Positions 9,974 to 20,672 of a stretch of 64,000 nucleotides of DNA are shown here, piece after piece; the first letter of the stretch is position 1, and each line of letters starts with the position of its first letter. The notes under the pieces were generated by a model. That model was not told the DNA's origin. It saw only the letters and a program-made list of their open reading frames with translations, and did no database searches. Where the stretch lies: NCBI GenBank assembly GCA_041744215.1, contig JBGTLG010000016.1, positions 96,001 to 160,000 on the forward strand. Reading direction: 5' to 3'. The position numbers were made by a program, and so were the translations under genes. This DNA comes from Fimbriimonadales bacterium. Its GTDB lineage: Bacteria; Armatimonadota; Fimbriimonadia; Fimbriimonadales; ATM1.

Positions 9974-10483
9974 TTACTTGGCGGGTGTTTCCGCTGACGA
10001 CTCTCCCGCCTCAGGCGCGGATCGCGGCGCAGGCCGTGGAGCCTCGCGATCGTACTGACGATCAAACCTGCGCGGCGGTCGTCCTTCTCCTCGATAGCCT
10101 CTTTCAGGGTGAGCAATCTCAAGCGACACAAAAGGCATGAGCGCCATTTCCCGCGCGCGGCGGATCGCCCTCGAGATCATTCGCTGCTGCTTGGCGGTGT
10201 TCCCCGTTTGTCGCGAGCCAACGATTTTTCCTTGCTCATTGATGAAGCGCTTGAGGAGTCCCGTGTCTTTGTAGTCGACGGACTCGATCTTGTTGAGGGT
10301 TAGGAAGCTGACCTTCCGGCGGCGCTTTGGCCTTGGTCTGCCCTCCTTGCCATAGGGAGATGCTCCCCTGTCGTCATGCGGCGCTGCGCCCGTTCGAGGC
10401 TTGTACTCTCGTGCGGGACCCTCGGGTTTCGGCGCGGCGGGCGCCTTGTCCGCCTGCGCTGGAGTGGTCTGTTCTTCGCTCAT
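9974..10483 (-). CDS. rpsR: 30S ribosomal protein S18 with N- and C-terminal extensions, Cys-free (zinc-independent) form
   Basis: [48 protein letters not shown]; start at MSEEQ. Confidence 0.92.
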   Translation of the reverse strand: MSEEQTTPAQADKAPAAPKPEGPAREYKPRTGAAPHDDRGASPYGKEGRPRPKRRRKVSFLTLNKIESVDYKDTGLLKRFINEQGKIVGSRQTGNTAKQQRMISRAIRRAREMALMPFVSLEIAHPERGYRGEGRPPRRFDRQYDREAPRPAPRSAPEAGESSAETPAK

Positions 10484-10536
10484 AGTGATATTGTCGCCGG
10501 TTCCCGGCGGACGGTGATTATGGCACGGAAGGCATC

Positions 10537-11811
10537 TCAGGGGAAGATTCCGCGGGTGATCGTTGCGTCCGCGACTCTCTTGACCCCAATAATGTACGCG
10601 GCTGTACGCATGTTCGTCTTGTGCTGAAGCATCGATTGCAAAACGTTGTGGAAGCTGTTGCGCATGAGTCTCTCGAGTTTGTTGTTTACCTCGTTCTCTT
10701 CCCAGAAAAACGCTTGCAGATCCTGCACCCACTCGAAGTAGCTGACAATGACTCCTCCAGCGTTTGCAAGAATGTCGGGAACAACCATGACGTTTCTGTC
10801 ACTCAACATATCATCCGCTTCGGGTGTGGTCGGGCCGTTTGCTCCTTCGACAATCAACCTCGCTCGAATCTTCTCAGCGTTTCCTGTATGGATTTGCTCC
10901 GCGGTAGCAGCAGGAATCAAGACATCACAATCAAGTTCGAGGAGTTCGGAATTCGAAACGTACTCGCAATCGCTAAACTCACGAATACCGCCTTCGCGAT
11001 GGGAATATCGTTGAGTCAGGGTTTGAATCGGCAAGCCATTTGCGTTGTATATGCCACCGGCTGCGTCGGAGACCGCGACTACTTTCGCACCAGCTTCTTC
11101 AGCGAGTCTCGCCGCGATGCTGCCGACATTGCCAAATCCTTGCACGATAACGCGAGATCCTGCCAAATTGAATCCTAAGAACTTGCACGCCTCGTGTGCT
11201 GCGACGATGCATCCGCGACCTGTAGCTTCGACACGGCCAAGCGAACCGCCCAGCGGAACGGGCTTACCAGTTACGACGCCTGTGGCAGTCGAGCCCATTT
11301 GCATGGAGTATGTGTCCATGAACCACGCCATTACTTGAGCGTTCGTACCCATGTCGGGTGCAGGGATGTCCGTACTCGGACCGACGATGACACTAATCTC
11401 CGAAGCAAACCGCCGTGTTAGTTTTTCAAGTTCGCGCTTGCTTAGTCTTTTGATATCGACTTTGACCGCGCCTTTCGCTCCGCCATAGGGGATATCAGCT
11501 ACGGCGCACTTCCACGTCATCCACATCGCGAGCGCAGTGGTCTCGTCAAGATCCACGTCCGGGTGGTATCGGATCCCGCCCTTTGTCGGCCCGCGGCTGA
11601 GATTATGTTGGACGCGATACCCCTCGTAGACTTCGACGTGACCGTTGTCCATTACAACTGGGAAGTTGACGATAAGCTGTCTCTTGGGGGTTGCGAGGAC
11701 TCTGTGAAGTCCCTCGTCAAGATCGAGGTATCTGGCCGCTACAGCTAGCTGCTGCTTGGCCATTTCGAGGATGGTAGGTTGCTCTGCAGTATGCGTTGGC
11801 GATGCGGCCAT
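10537..11811 (-). CDS. gdhA: Glutamate dehydrogenase (Glu/Leu/Phe/Val DH family)
   Basis: [45 protein letters not shown]. Confidence 0.93.
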   Translation of the reverse strand: MAASPTHTAEQPTILEMAKQQLAVAARYLDLDEGLHRVLATPKRQLIVNFPVVMDNGHVEVYEGYRVQHNLSRGPTKGGIRYHPDVDLDETTALAMWMTWKCAVADIPYGGAKGAVKVDIKRLSKRELEKLTRRFASEISVIVGPSTDIPAPDMGTNAQVMAWFMDTYSMQMGSTATGVVTGKPVPLGGSLGRVEATGRGCIVAAHEACKFLGFNLAGSRVIVQGFGNVGSIAARLAEEAGAKVVAVSDAAGGIYNANGLPIQTLTQRYSHREGGIREFSDCEYVSNSELLELDCDVLIPAATAEQIHTGNAEKIRARLIVEGANGPTTPEADDMLSDRNVMVVPDILANAGGVIVSYFEWVQDLQAFFWEENEVNNKLERLMRNSFHNVLQSMLQHKTNMRTAAYIIGVKRVADATITRGIFP

Positions 11812-11833
11812 TCAAATCTCCTGACGCCCGATG

Positions 11834-12325
11834 TCAGACCCGAGCGGCGGTGCCTGCAACCCGCTGGTACAGCAGGTGGATCGGGATCGCGATTACTCCG
11901 TTGTATATCGCGGCACCTATTGTATCTGCTACGTGAGCCCCAATGCCCGGCAATGTGTCGATAAACGGTATGACGAACAGGTAGACGGCCCCCGATAGCA
12001 GGGTGCAGAGGAAAGCAACGATCGAGAGGTTGAAGGGACCTTTGTCGAGGTAGGAGGCCGAGATTCTCGCTCCAACGATGCAGGCGACCATTCGGCTGAT
12101 GGTGAAGGCGGCCATCGCCTGATTGAGTATCGCGCCCGTGAAGAGTCCGGCGGCGAACCCCGTGGCTGCGGCTGCGTCTTGGGAGCGCTCTAGCGACAGC
12201 ACGATTGCCACGACCAACAAGAAGTCTGGCACGCCCCATCCGATCGCTATGCGGTGGGCTACGGCCTGTTGGAGCGCTCCTGCCGCGACAAGCCAAACGA
12301 GGGTAGACAGCACCGCCCGCATCAT
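11834..12325 (-). CDS. mreD: Rod shape-determining protein MreD
   Basis: PDFLLV motif, GFAAGL, hydrophobic; follows mreC. Confidence 0.8.
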   Translation of the reverse strand: MMRAVLSTLVWLVAAGALQQAVAHRIAIGWGVPDFLLVVAIVLSLERSQDAAAATGFAAGLFTGAILNQAMAAFTISRMVACIVGARISASYLDKGPFNLSIVAFLCTLLSGAVYLFVIPFIDTLPGIGAHVADTIGAAIYNGVIAIPIHLLYQRVAGTAARV

Positions 12326-13110
12326 TTCGACAGCACCACCACTTCTCTGAGAGCCGTGGCTTGGAAGAACGGCTGAACGATAGCTTTCCGCACTCCGAAG
12401 TCTCGGTCAAGCCAGACACTCGAAACGATGCCAATCCGGAGCGCTGCCGGATAGATGGCAGAAACGCCGGATGTCAACAGGAGGTCGTTTGATTTGACTT
12501 CTGCTTCCTCGACGAACACTTCCAGAAGCAGGGTTGCAGTTCCATTGCCCCTGACGATGCCGAGGGCTTCTGTCGAACCTCCGCCGACGCTTGCCCCGAC
12601 ACTCGAGTTTGGATGTGTGAGCAGGTTGACGTACGAAGAGCGCGGACTCACCTCAACAACTTGGCCTACGAGCCCCTGTGGCACGAGCACGGGATCGCCA
12701 GGTGCCACACCTGATTGCGAGCCAACGTTTAGCAGCACGCGTTGGTTTTGAAAGTCGAGACCAATTACTCGCGCTATCACGTTCTTCCGGTCTTTCTGCA
12801 CAGGCATCTTCAGTAGCGATTGTAAGCGCGTGTTCTTCTCTCGCTCTTCTTTTAGTAACGATTCGAGCGAGTACACCCGCGCTGCATCGGCCTGCAATCT
12901 GAGGATCTCGCGCTTGAGCGATGGCGCGCGTGTTATGCCCCCAATGAAGTCACCTGTCCAGTCAAGAGTTGCCGCTATGGGTGTCTGGACAACTTGAACA
13001 AGCCCCTTAGCGGAACGCGTGACAATGTCCATTCCACCGGACGCCTTAGCACGGGATTGCATGACGTTAAGGACAACGGCAAGCAAGACCAGCATTGCCG
13101 GAACGATCAA
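12322..13110 (-). CDS. mreC: Rod shape-determining protein MreC
   Basis: TM plus coiled coil (EKNTRLQSLL), ARVIG, GLVGQV, LLTSGVSAIYP; start approximate. Confidence 0.88.
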   Translation of the reverse strand: MIVPAMLVLLAVVLNVMQSRAKASGGMDIVTRSAKGLVQVVQTPIAATLDWTGDFIGGITRAPSLKREILRLQADAARVYSLESLLKEEREKNTRLQSLLKMPVQKDRKNVIARVIGLDFQNQRVLLNVGSQSGVAPGDPVLVPQGLVGQVVEVSPRSSYVNLLTHPNSSVGASVGGGSTEALGIVRGNGTATLLLEVFVEEAEVKSNDLLLTSGVSAIYPAALRIGIVSSVWLDRDFGVRKAIVQPFFQATALREVVVLSK

Positions 13111-13124
13111 ACTAGCTCTTCGCT

Positions 13125-14192
13125 CTAATCCTTGTATGCCTGTACCAAGACCTTTCTAAGCTGAGGGTTTCGTTGGATTTCTTGCATGACGCGTCCCGTC
13201 CCGATCACGACGCAGCTCAGAGGGTCGTGCGCGATCACGACGGGGATGCCGGTTTCGTCCGCGATAAGTCGATCAAGTCCGCGCAGCAGCGCGCCGCCGC
13301 CAGCAAGAACGATGCCACGGTGAATGATGTCAGCCGCAAGCTCAGGAGGCGTGGACTCTAGTGTCAACTTGACCGCCTCAACAATAGAGTTGAGTTGATC
13401 TTGAATGGCGATTCGCACATCCTCACTTGAGAGGATTGCGCTTCGCGGAAGACCGGTGATCAAGTCGCGGCCACGAACTTCGACTGTCAATTCTTCTTCG
13501 ATCGGATACGCAGAGCCAACCTCGATTTTTGCGCGCTCCGCGCTGCGCTCACCGATGTACAGGTTATATGCCCTTCTTACGTAGTTGAGGATTGCAGCGT
13601 CGATTGCGTCTCCTGCGACGCGCACAGACCGCGAGTTAACAATTCCTGCGAGAGAGATGATTGCTACTTCGGTTGTTCCGCCGCCTATGTCAACGACCAT
13701 CGAACCCGTCGGTTCGACGACGGGCAATCCGGCTCCGATTGCCGCCGCCATTGGTTCTTCGATGACGAATGCCTGCGCGGCACCCGCACGCCGACACGCT
13801 TCGATTACTGCACGTTGTTCAACTTCTGTGACGCCGCTGGGCACTCCGACAACAACACGGTGGAAAGCGAACTTACGTTTTTGCGATTTTCCAATGAAGT
13901 AGCGGAGCATCGCTTGCGTTTGGTCGTAGTCCGCGATAACACCGTCCTTGAGCGGACGGATGGCGGAAATCGACGCGGGGGTTCTCCCGAGCATTCGCTG
14001 GGCGTCTTCGCCCACCGCTAAAACGGTTCCGGTTTCGTTGTCAACGGCGACGACACTCGGCTCACGAAGTACGATGCCCCTTTCTTCCGCGTACACGAGC
14101 GTGTTTGCGGTTCCGAGGTCGATCCCGAGGTCCTCTCGCAGCCCCTCCCAGAACAGGGCTTTGAGCTTCGCTACTGCAGATGCGAGAGTCAC
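13125..14192 (-). CDS. mreB: Actin-like rod shape protein MreB
   Basis: [44 protein letters not shown]. Confidence 0.96.
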   Translation of the reverse strand: MTLASAVAKLKALFWEGLREDLGIDLGTANTLVYAEERGIVLREPSVVAVDNETGTVLAVGEDAQRMLGRTPASISAIRPLKDGVIADYDQTQAMLRYFIGKSQKRKFAFHRVVVGVPSGVTEVEQRAVIEACRRAGAAQAFVIEEPMAAAIGAGLPVVEPTGSMVVDIGGGTTEVAIISLAGIVNSRSVRVAGDAIDAAILNYVRRAYNLYIGERSAERAKIEVGSAYPIEEELTVEVRGRDLITGLPRSAILSSEDVRIAIQDQLNSIVEAVKLTLESTPPELAADIIHRGIVLAGGGALLRGLDRLIADETGIPVVIAHDPLSCVVIGTGRVMQEIQRNPQLRKVLVQAYKD

Positions 14193-14455
14193 TCCTCTTC
14201 CGGCCCCACATCGCCGCTTGCGAGTCGCTTTGCTAAGGTTTCTTGGGAGATTGCGCTAAGAATCACTTGCTGGCCTTGAGTGAAGATGACGCACTTTGTC
14301 CTTCGACCTTGCGTGGCGTCGATCAGCTTGTCCGAGTTTCGAAGCCCCTGAATCAAACGGCGAACTGGCGCCGAATCACTGCTGATGAGGGCTGTAATCT
14401 GGCTGGTCGCCACATAGTTATAGAATCCGACATTGATAACCGGCGGCATCGGCAT
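14189..14455 (-). CDS. remA: RemA/DUF370 family regulator
   Basis: [38 protein letters not shown]. Confidence 0.85.
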   Translation of the reverse strand: MPMPPVINVGFYNYVATSQITALISSDSAPVRRLIQGLRNSDKLIDATQGRRTKCVIFTQGQQVILSAISQETLAKRLASGDVGPEEE

Positions 14456-14539
14456 CTGTTTGAAATCCTCCCAAAATCGGCGAAAAGCCTTGTTTTTCTC
14501 CGATTATGGCACGGGCGTCGATGCGAGTGACGCTCCCTT

Positions 14540-15763
14540 TTACCTGCCGAATCGCTTTCGAGTGACGATGCTACCCCTCGTTGACAGCGCAAGGGGATCC
14601 CCACGGACTTCCAGGAGACTCGCCCCCTGATAGTAGGCACCCAAGATTTCTTGATACGTTTGTCCGGCTTTTGCTCTGCCGATTGCGCCGTACTGGCACA
14701 TCCCGACCCCGTGACCCCATCCGCGGCCCGCAAACTGCCAGCCATTGGGCACGCGGCCAACGTTGAACCACGTACTTCGCAATCGATCAATTCCCAGAAT
14801 CCACCGCAGGTCGTTTGCCTTGATGGCCGCTTCCCCGTGAGTTCCGATGATCCGGACCGTCGCCGCTCGTCCGGTAGTCGTCTTCTGAGCGATCTCCACG
14901 TCGACGACGCTTCCGAGACTATATCCACCGGCACGGAGGAGTGCCTCAAACTCAGCCGAGGTGTAGTCTGCAGTCCATGCCATGTACCGAGAGCCTTCGG
15001 CATAGGGCCTCCCGCTAGGGTCGACGTCTGCAAAGCTCGTCAAGTAGGGGACTGGCGAGCCGCCCCAAACCTCGTGGCAGTTCTCTGTCTGTCCACCACT
15101 AATCGCACCGTAGATGGCGTTGACCACAGCCCCGCCATACACCAGAACCTGCCCTCGCGTCGCCTGAACAGCTGCAGTTGACCGCGGATCTTCCTTTTCG
15201 GTGCCGAAGTAAGCCTGAGTTCGAACGGTGTCGTCAACGTCATAGGGCTGGTCTTTGAAGTGGCCTATCTTTCGAACGGTGTAGGATCTCGCTGCAACTG
15301 CCTGAGCTTTCATGGCCTCGGGCGGTGAGGAGGGAGAAATCTCACAAGGGAGGACGCCCTGGAGATAGTCCTCCAGAGGAATCTCGTTCACGGCAGCAAG
15401 ATTGCCACCCAAGTTCGATAGGTGCAACCATCCTCGATAACGACGATTCTGCTTAGCTCCGCTGAGCCTCAGGACAGAAGTTTCGGCGGCGAAGTAGACC
15501 GCTGGGATTGTGGCGCCAGCAACCCGAATCTCGCCCGATCCGGCCGCGGTTACTGTAACCACCGAACGCGGCTGATAGACGCCGAGTCGTTGGTGCGTCT
15601 GTCCGTGATATGCAGCGAATTGAGATTCGGAGCTAATCGTGAATCGGTCGGAGGCGCCATGGCTGACCAATCCGACCCGGACGACGTACATAGGCTGCGC
15701 CGCCGCGAACTGGAGAAGGCCCGTCGCTAGAACGGCACCGACGGCAAATCGAAGAACTCTCAT
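14540..15763 (-). CDS. SpoIID/LytB domain peptidoglycan lytic transglycosylase
   Basis: YRG, LEDYLQGVLPCE, AMKAQAVAARSY, GWGHGVGMCQYGA. Confidence 0.9.
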   Translation of the reverse strand: MRVLRFAVGAVLATGLLQFAAAQPMYVVRVGLVSHGASDRFTISSESQFAAYHGQTHQRLGVYQPRSVVTVTAAGSGEIRVAGATIPAVYFAAETSVLRLSGAKQNRRYRGWLHLSNLGGNLAAVNEIPLEDYLQGVLPCEISPSSPPEAMKAQAVAARSYTVRKIGHFKDQPYDVDDTVRTQAYFGTEKEDPRSTAAVQATRGQVLVYGGAVVNAIYGAISGGQTENCHEVWGGSPVPYLTSFADVDPSGRPYAEGSRYMAWTADYTSAEFEALLRAGGYSLGSVVDVEIAQKTTTGRAATVRIIGTHGEAAIKANDLRWILGIDRLRSTWFNVGRVPNGWQFAGRGWGHGVGMCQYGAIGRAKAGQTYQEILGAYYQGASLLEVRGDPLALSTRGSIVTRKRFGR

Positions 15764-15830
15764 AAGACTGACCCGACAGCGCGCGCGGGAATCACCCTAC
15801 ACGAAACTATCGGCGCGAACCGCAGAGACC

Positions 15831-16148
15831 TTAGCCGCCGCCTGACAGACCCATCGCCATCGGGCCCTCGCGACCTGCGGATGGGCCGCCGCCGCCACCA
15901 CCGCCGACTGCTCCACCGCCGATCAGTTGTCCTCCGGCCCCCGAAGCCGCTTCTTCGGGCTCGCCTTTTGTCTCGATGAGCCTTGGGGTGACTGCTTGCG
16001 CATTGAGTGCTGCGCGCACCGGCTCCTCGGGGACCGGAGCCGGGATCGGCTCCTTCCTCATGAAGAAGAAGATTCCGACAGCTATGAGACCGACGACGGC
16101 CGCTCCGACGATCACAGGCAGGTCATTGCTACTTTCTGGTTGGGCCAT
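15831..16148 (-). CDS. Hypothetical single-pass membrane protein with Gly-rich tail
   Basis: TM helix, Pro-rich linker, GGGGGG tail; SD GGGAG. Confidence 0.65.
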   Translation of the reverse strand: MAQPESSNDLPVIVGAAVVGLIAVGIFFFMRKEPIPAPVPEEPVRAALNAQAVTPRLIETKGEPEEAASGAGGQLIGGGAVGGGGGGGPSAGREGPMAMGLSGGG

Positions 16149-16314
16149 AGATTTTCTCCCTTAGCTCGAGGTTACCCAGTCTAAGACGGATTCAGATCGT
16201 TAAGTGTCACACAGGAACGGTCCAGTTTGCAAGGCCTGCGCGGTCTGCGCGCTCCTGGCGGTGGACTTTGCCACGAGATTTTGATCTTCTAGCAGCGCGT
16301 ATTGATCAGGGAGA

Positions 16315-17859
16315 TTAGTGGCGGAAGTGACGTACGCCAGTCAACACCATAGTGAGGCCAAGGGCATCTGCCGCGGCTATAACCTCCGCATCCTTCTTTG
16401 AGCCGCCGGGCTGGACAATAGCAGCGATGCCCGCGGCTGCCGCAGTCTCTATGCTGTCTGCGAACGGGAAAAATGCGTCGCTCGCCAACACGGCTCCTTT
16501 GGCGTCCGAGCCGGCCTGCTCCAGAGCCAAGCGCACAGACTGCACTCTGTTCATCTGACCCGCTCCTGCTCCAAGCATTCCACCCGGTCCACCGACCACG
16601 ATTGCGTTGGACTTTACGTGCTTCGCAACGACCCACATCGCCTTCAGAGCTGCCGTCTGCTCCGCAGTCGGCTGGACCGTCGTAACAATGCGCCACTCGG
16701 TGGGATCGTCAACATCAGCGTCCTGTATCAATGCTCCGCCGCGCAGTCCGCGCACTGATCGGTAGGGTCCGGACGTCACGGCTCCGGCGACAAGGATGCG
16801 CACGTCTTGCCCCCAACCCGCGCGCGAGCGAAAAGCCTCTAGCGCTTCATCCGTGATAGATGCGCACAAGACGACCTCAAAGTAGTTGCCCTTAGCGATC
16901 ATCGCTTCAGCGAGTTCTAGGTCGAGTTCTCCAGCGACAGCGACGATTCCTCCGAAAGCTGAGATCGAGTCGGTGTCGCGCGCACGTGTGAATGCGTCAA
17001 CAAGTGACGCACTCCAGGCGGCGCCACACGGATTCCCATGCTTCACAATAACCAGGGGACGCAAACGCTCCGGGAATGATCTCTGAAGGTCGCAAACCAA
17101 TTCCCACGCAGCTTCCACGTCGAGAATGTTGTTGTACGAGAGCTCTTTGCCCCAAATCTGCTCTGCGCCGACCACGCCACTCTTCTCGAATGGCTGCACG
17201 GCAAGCAGCGCGCGCTGATGCGGGTTCTCACCATATCGCAGCGACGACTTCACGCGATAACCTAGAGTGATCGTACTCTCGGAAGACGTGGGACGTTCAC
17301 GACTCAGGTACTCGGCAATCATCGAATCATAGAAAGCAGTGTGGGCAAACGCCTTTGCTCGCAGATCCTCTCGCAGCTCGTCCCCGTTTGAATCGATCGC
17401 ATTGAGAACTGCATCGTAGTCTGATGGATCCACAACCACGAATACGCGTTCCGCGTTCTTTGCTGCTGCGCGAATCATTGCGGGCCCACCGATGTCAATG
17501 TTCTCGATCACTTCGCTACGTGGTGCGCCTCGACGCACTGTATCTTCGAATGGATAGAGATTAACCGCAAGGATTTCGATAGGGCGGATGCCGAGTTGTT
17601 CCATCTCTTCGCTGTGCCGCGGGATCTCAGGAACTCCCAGTAATCCCCCATGTACCTTAGGATGCAAGGTTTTGACACGACCGTCGAGAATTTCTGGGAA
17701 ACCGGTGTAGTAACTGACACCTGTAACGGTGACCCCGTTTTCCTCAAGGTGTTTCGCCGTATTGCCGGTGCTAATGATCACGAATCCTCGGTCGGTCAGC
17801 CCGCGCGCAAACTCAACAACGCCACTCTTGTCAGTGACCGAAATCAATGCGTACTTCAT
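16315..17859 (-). CDS. purH: Bifunctional AICAR transformylase/IMP cyclohydrolase
   Basis: ALISVTDKSG, GRVKTLHP, IDIGGP, LRYGENPHQ, KHGNPCG, ASDAFFPF, RHFRH. Confidence 0.97.
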   Translation of the reverse strand: MKYALISVTDKSGVVEFARGLTDRGFVIISTGNTAKHLEENGVTVTGVSYYTGFPEILDGRVKTLHPKVHGGLLGVPEIPRHSEEMEQLGIRPIEILAVNLYPFEDTVRRGAPRSEVIENIDIGGPAMIRAAAKNAERVFVVVDPSDYDAVLNAIDSNGDELREDLRAKAFAHTAFYDSMIAEYLSRERPTSSESTITLGYRVKSSLRYGENPHQRALLAVQPFEKSGVVGAEQIWGKELSYNNILDVEAAWELVCDLQRSFPERLRPLVIVKHGNPCGAAWSASLVDAFTRARDTDSISAFGGIVAVAGELDLELAEAMIAKGNYFEVVLCASITDEALEAFRSRAGWGQDVRILVAGAVTSGPYRSVRGLRGGALIQDADVDDPTEWRIVTTVQPTAEQTAALKAMWVVAKHVKSNAIVVGGPGGMLGAGAGQMNRVQSVRLALEQAGSDAKGAVLASDAFFPFADSIETAAAAGIAAIVQPGGSKKDAEVIAAADALGLTMVLTGVRHFRH

Positions 17860-18389
17860 GTCGATTCCTTCTGAATGCGCGCGAGAATGCGCTCAAGATA
17901 CACGACCTGTTTGCTCAGCGGGACTTTCGAAAAGGGCGGTACGTGTACGAACCCTGACCGCACATCAGGCCATCTCGTCGCAACCCGAAAGTAAAGGTAG
18001 TTGCACAAGAAGCCGCCCGCGTTTCGAGAAGGTTTCCACGACTGTGTCGCATGGTTCCACCCTTCGAAGAGCAATCCAGCAACAGCGTCGGGCGCATCGG
18101 GGTCAATCATATCTGGGCCGTAAGCGACGCCCTCGACGTCGGGTTTGGAGCTGATAACGTTGCGCGCGATCCTTTCAACTCGAAGTTTGTTAGAACGCCC
18201 CGCGACGCCGAGCATCAGCACCCGATCAACGCCCGCGCGAGGCCGCGATGCGAACTTATCTGCTGCCGCGAACGATACTGGCAGGACGACCACGCCATTC
18301 CCGAGGACCTCGCGAGCAAGGACTTGGCTGGGGTTCTCTTTGAATCTGCCGAATGGCCCGAATGCCGTGACAAGCAGTCGGCCCATCAC
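17856..18389 (-). CDS. pcp: Pyroglutamyl-peptidase I
   Basis: LVTAFGPF..NPS, catalytic E (RVER), C (AGGFLCN), H (FVHVP). Confidence 0.85.
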   Translation of the reverse strand: MMGRLLVTAFGPFGRFKENPSQVLAREVLGNGVVVLPVSFAAADKFASRPRAGVDRVLMLGVAGRSNKLRVERIARNVISSKPDVEGVAYGPDMIDPDAPDAVAGLLFEGWNHATQSWKPSRNAGGFLCNYLYFRVATRWPDVRSGFVHVPPFSKVPLSKQVVYLERILARIQKEST

Positions 18390-19942
18390 CCTACTTGATC
18401 GCCTCGCTCACCGGGCGCAACGCCGACCGGCTGTTTAACTTTGATCGTGACCTTTCCGGTTACGGGCCGGTTGTCATCATCGAAAACCGTCAGCGTGAAC
18501 GTGACTGTTTGTCGGGGGAAGATTGTTGCAGTTCCTTTCTGAATGTCGAAGTCGTTGACGGACGGCTCAATCTGAGCACGCGCGACGTTGGAGATAGACC
18601 ATTCGAGGGTAACTGGCGTGTCCGGTTCAATCTCACGATCGCCGAGTGGTTCGCCAAGGATCGTTGCCCGGAACATCGAAATCTGAGCTTTGCTGATTGC
18701 TTCTACGGTAAGTGGAGCAGATCTTTGCGCCGCTTGACCAGACTTGTTGAACACCATCAGGGTGACGTCGAACCTCCCCTCATTCGGCGCGGTGAACTTG
18801 AACGTGTCGATGTTCAGCGGAAGCGTAAAATTGAACGGCTGCAAAATGATGCGATCTGCGTGCTGCACTTTGTAAGTGACGGTGACGGTGGCCCCAGGGA
18901 CTACTTTGGCGGGCGATACGCTCAGCGCGTCGATGACTGGCAACGGCTCTTGTTCTGGAATGCGCGCAATCACTTCAAGCGGTTTGTATTGTGCGCTCCT
19001 CCGGTTGTCATCATTGTAAGCGGTGATGCTAAATGAAATTGTCGCATCTACAGGAACTTCGATTTCTCCAGTTGGCGGCGCAGAAAACGTTCTCCCATCG
19101 CTAGCTTCGATTTCGACCCGCGTCGCATGTTCCGTTTCCCACGCGAGTTTGACCGACTCTCCCGACAGGAGTTCGTATTTGTGCGCATGGAACGACTTGA
19201 TGTATGGATCTTGTGGGCGATTCAGATACCAGATTGTGCCGAGCATTATGAGAATAAGAAAGATCGCGAGAAAGCCTGGCGATACAGTTGCTTTTCTATC
19301 AATCTGGGCTTGCGCGTTGCTGGAGACATGTGGATTGTCGACTCCTCTCGCAGATACTGTGAAGCCGAACAGTCGAGGCGTTCCGATGAGAGGAAAGTGA
19401 GAAGGCTGTACCGCAAGGCGAACTTGCTTTTGTTGTCCTGGCGCGAGTGCTACGCGCTCTTGGGCGAACTGATACGTGCAGCCGTCTTCTGGATCGTCGG
19501 CGAAGAGCTGGAGATTAAGTTCTTCGTTGCCGAGATTGATTGCTGTTACGGTGTAAGGGGCTTGCTTTGAGAAAGCGCTTGCGCTCTCCCGACGCGGCTC
19601 GACTTCGATGCTTACCAAACTGAAAGGCTCAATCTCCAGGACGCCTTGCGCCTCTTCGGCTTGACCAGTTTCAAGAGAACGTACCTTGATTAGGAAAGGG
19701 TAACTCCCCGCCTTGCTTTCCGCAGACCTCGGGGGTTTGATCAGCGCCTTCTGCTGCTTTTCCTCCCCAGGCCCCAGCGTGAACGAAGCGACGGGTATAG
19801 CGACCCACTCCGCATCGAGACCTTCAATCTCGATCTCGTATCGATCGGCGGCCTCGCCGGTGTTAGTGATCGACACGACCAGCGTAGCGGCATTGCCGGG
19901 CTCAACGTGCAGGACATCCTTGGACAGGCTAACCTCGAACAT
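18386..19942 (-). CDS. Membrane-anchored multi-Ig-domain protein (COG1470-like N-terminus)
   Basis: Two N-terminal beta-sandwich repeats (ITNTG..DRY; INLGN), central TM helix, three C-terminal Ig-like repeats (LxW...FTLT). Confidence 0.75.
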   Translation of the reverse strand: MFEVSLSKDVLHVEPGNAATLVVSITNTGEAADRYEIEIEGLDAEWVAIPVASFTLGPGEEKQQKALIKPPRSAESKAGSYPFLIKVRSLETGQAEEAQGVLEIEPFSLVSIEVEPRRESASAFSKQAPYTVTAINLGNEELNLQLFADDPEDGCTYQFAQERVALAPGQQKQVRLAVQPSHFPLIGTPRLFGFTVSARGVDNPHVSSNAQAQIDRKATVSPGFLAIFLILIMLGTIWYLNRPQDPYIKSFHAHKYELLSGESVKLAWETEHATRVEIEASDGRTFSAPPTGEIEVPVDATISFSITAYNDDNRRSAQYKPLEVIARIPEQEPLPVIDALSVSPAKVVPGATVTVTYKVQHADRIILQPFNFTLPLNIDTFKFTAPNEGRFDVTLMVFNKSGQAAQRSAPLTVEAISKAQISMFRATILGEPLGDREIEPDTPVTLEWSISNVARAQIEPSVNDFDIQKGTATIFPRQTVTFTLTVFDDDNRPVTGKVTIKVKQPVGVAPGERGDQVG

Positions 19943-20037
19943 CTGACGAGATTATAACCGGGCGGCCGATAGCTCCCGCTTTCGAGACGGAGATCGAAGA
20001 TTTTCGCTCAAACTTCCCGCCTGTCAATCAGGGCAGT

Positions 20038-20613
20038 TCAGATGGCGCACCCAAGCTCAACAATTTTGGGCGCACCAGCGAAATCGACCTTTGGGGGATC
20101 GACCTTGAGGTAGGAGGAGATCACGCCTACTGATTCTCGCAGGAATCCCTCAGAGTAGCCCGTCCAGGCTTTCGACACTTTGCCATCTGGAGCGATCAGG
20201 ACGGCAGACGGCGAGTTGGTGATCTTGTAGGCATCAATGACTTCGTAATCTGGATCGCAAACTATAGGAAATGCCAGTTTGTGCGCCTTGTTCCACTCGA
20301 GGAACCCTCTTTTGTCGTCGCTAACGATTCCTACCACCGTCACAGCTCCCGGCTTGAAGGCCTTGCTGATCCGGTCGTAATACTTGGTTGCTTCGTTGGC
20401 GACAGGACAGGTGGTGCTAATGAAGTAGAGATACACAGGCCCCTTTTTGAGCGCTTCGTTGAGTTCAAATCGGGTTAGGTCAACTGCTGGCGCGTTAACA
20501 GCCGGAGCGGCTCTCCCAACAAGACTGTTCTGCCCGAGTGCGGCAAGCGCGGCGACGGTCATCGATGCACCAAGGAGAAGGAGCGCGGCGAGGGTAGCGA
20601 GTTTGGTTGGCAT
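20038..20613 (-). CDS. Exported peroxiredoxin-like/AhpC-TSA thioredoxin-fold protein
   Basis: Signal peptide, GRAAP, KGPVYLYF..TCPV, FPIVCD, C-terminal GCAI. Confidence 0.8.
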   Translation of the reverse strand: MPTKLATLAALLLLGASMTVAALAALGQNSLVGRAAPAVNAPAVDLTRFELNEALKKGPVYLYFISTTCPVANEATKYYDRISKAFKPGAVTVVGIVSDDKRGFLEWNKAHKLAFPIVCDPDYEVIDAYKITNSPSAVLIAPDGKVSKAWTGYSEGFLRESVGVISSYLKVDPPKVDFAGAPKIVELGCAI

Positions 20614-20672
20614 TGCTAAGGTTGATTATACGGCTGAAGAGGGCGAATGGCTCCGAGGTAGATTGACGGCCC

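Noticed and set aside
10484-10732. 252-aa S18 as given in the ORF track
   Set aside because: The extension overlaps the gdh 3' end; MSEEQ at 10483 with an upstream CATAAT is more plausible
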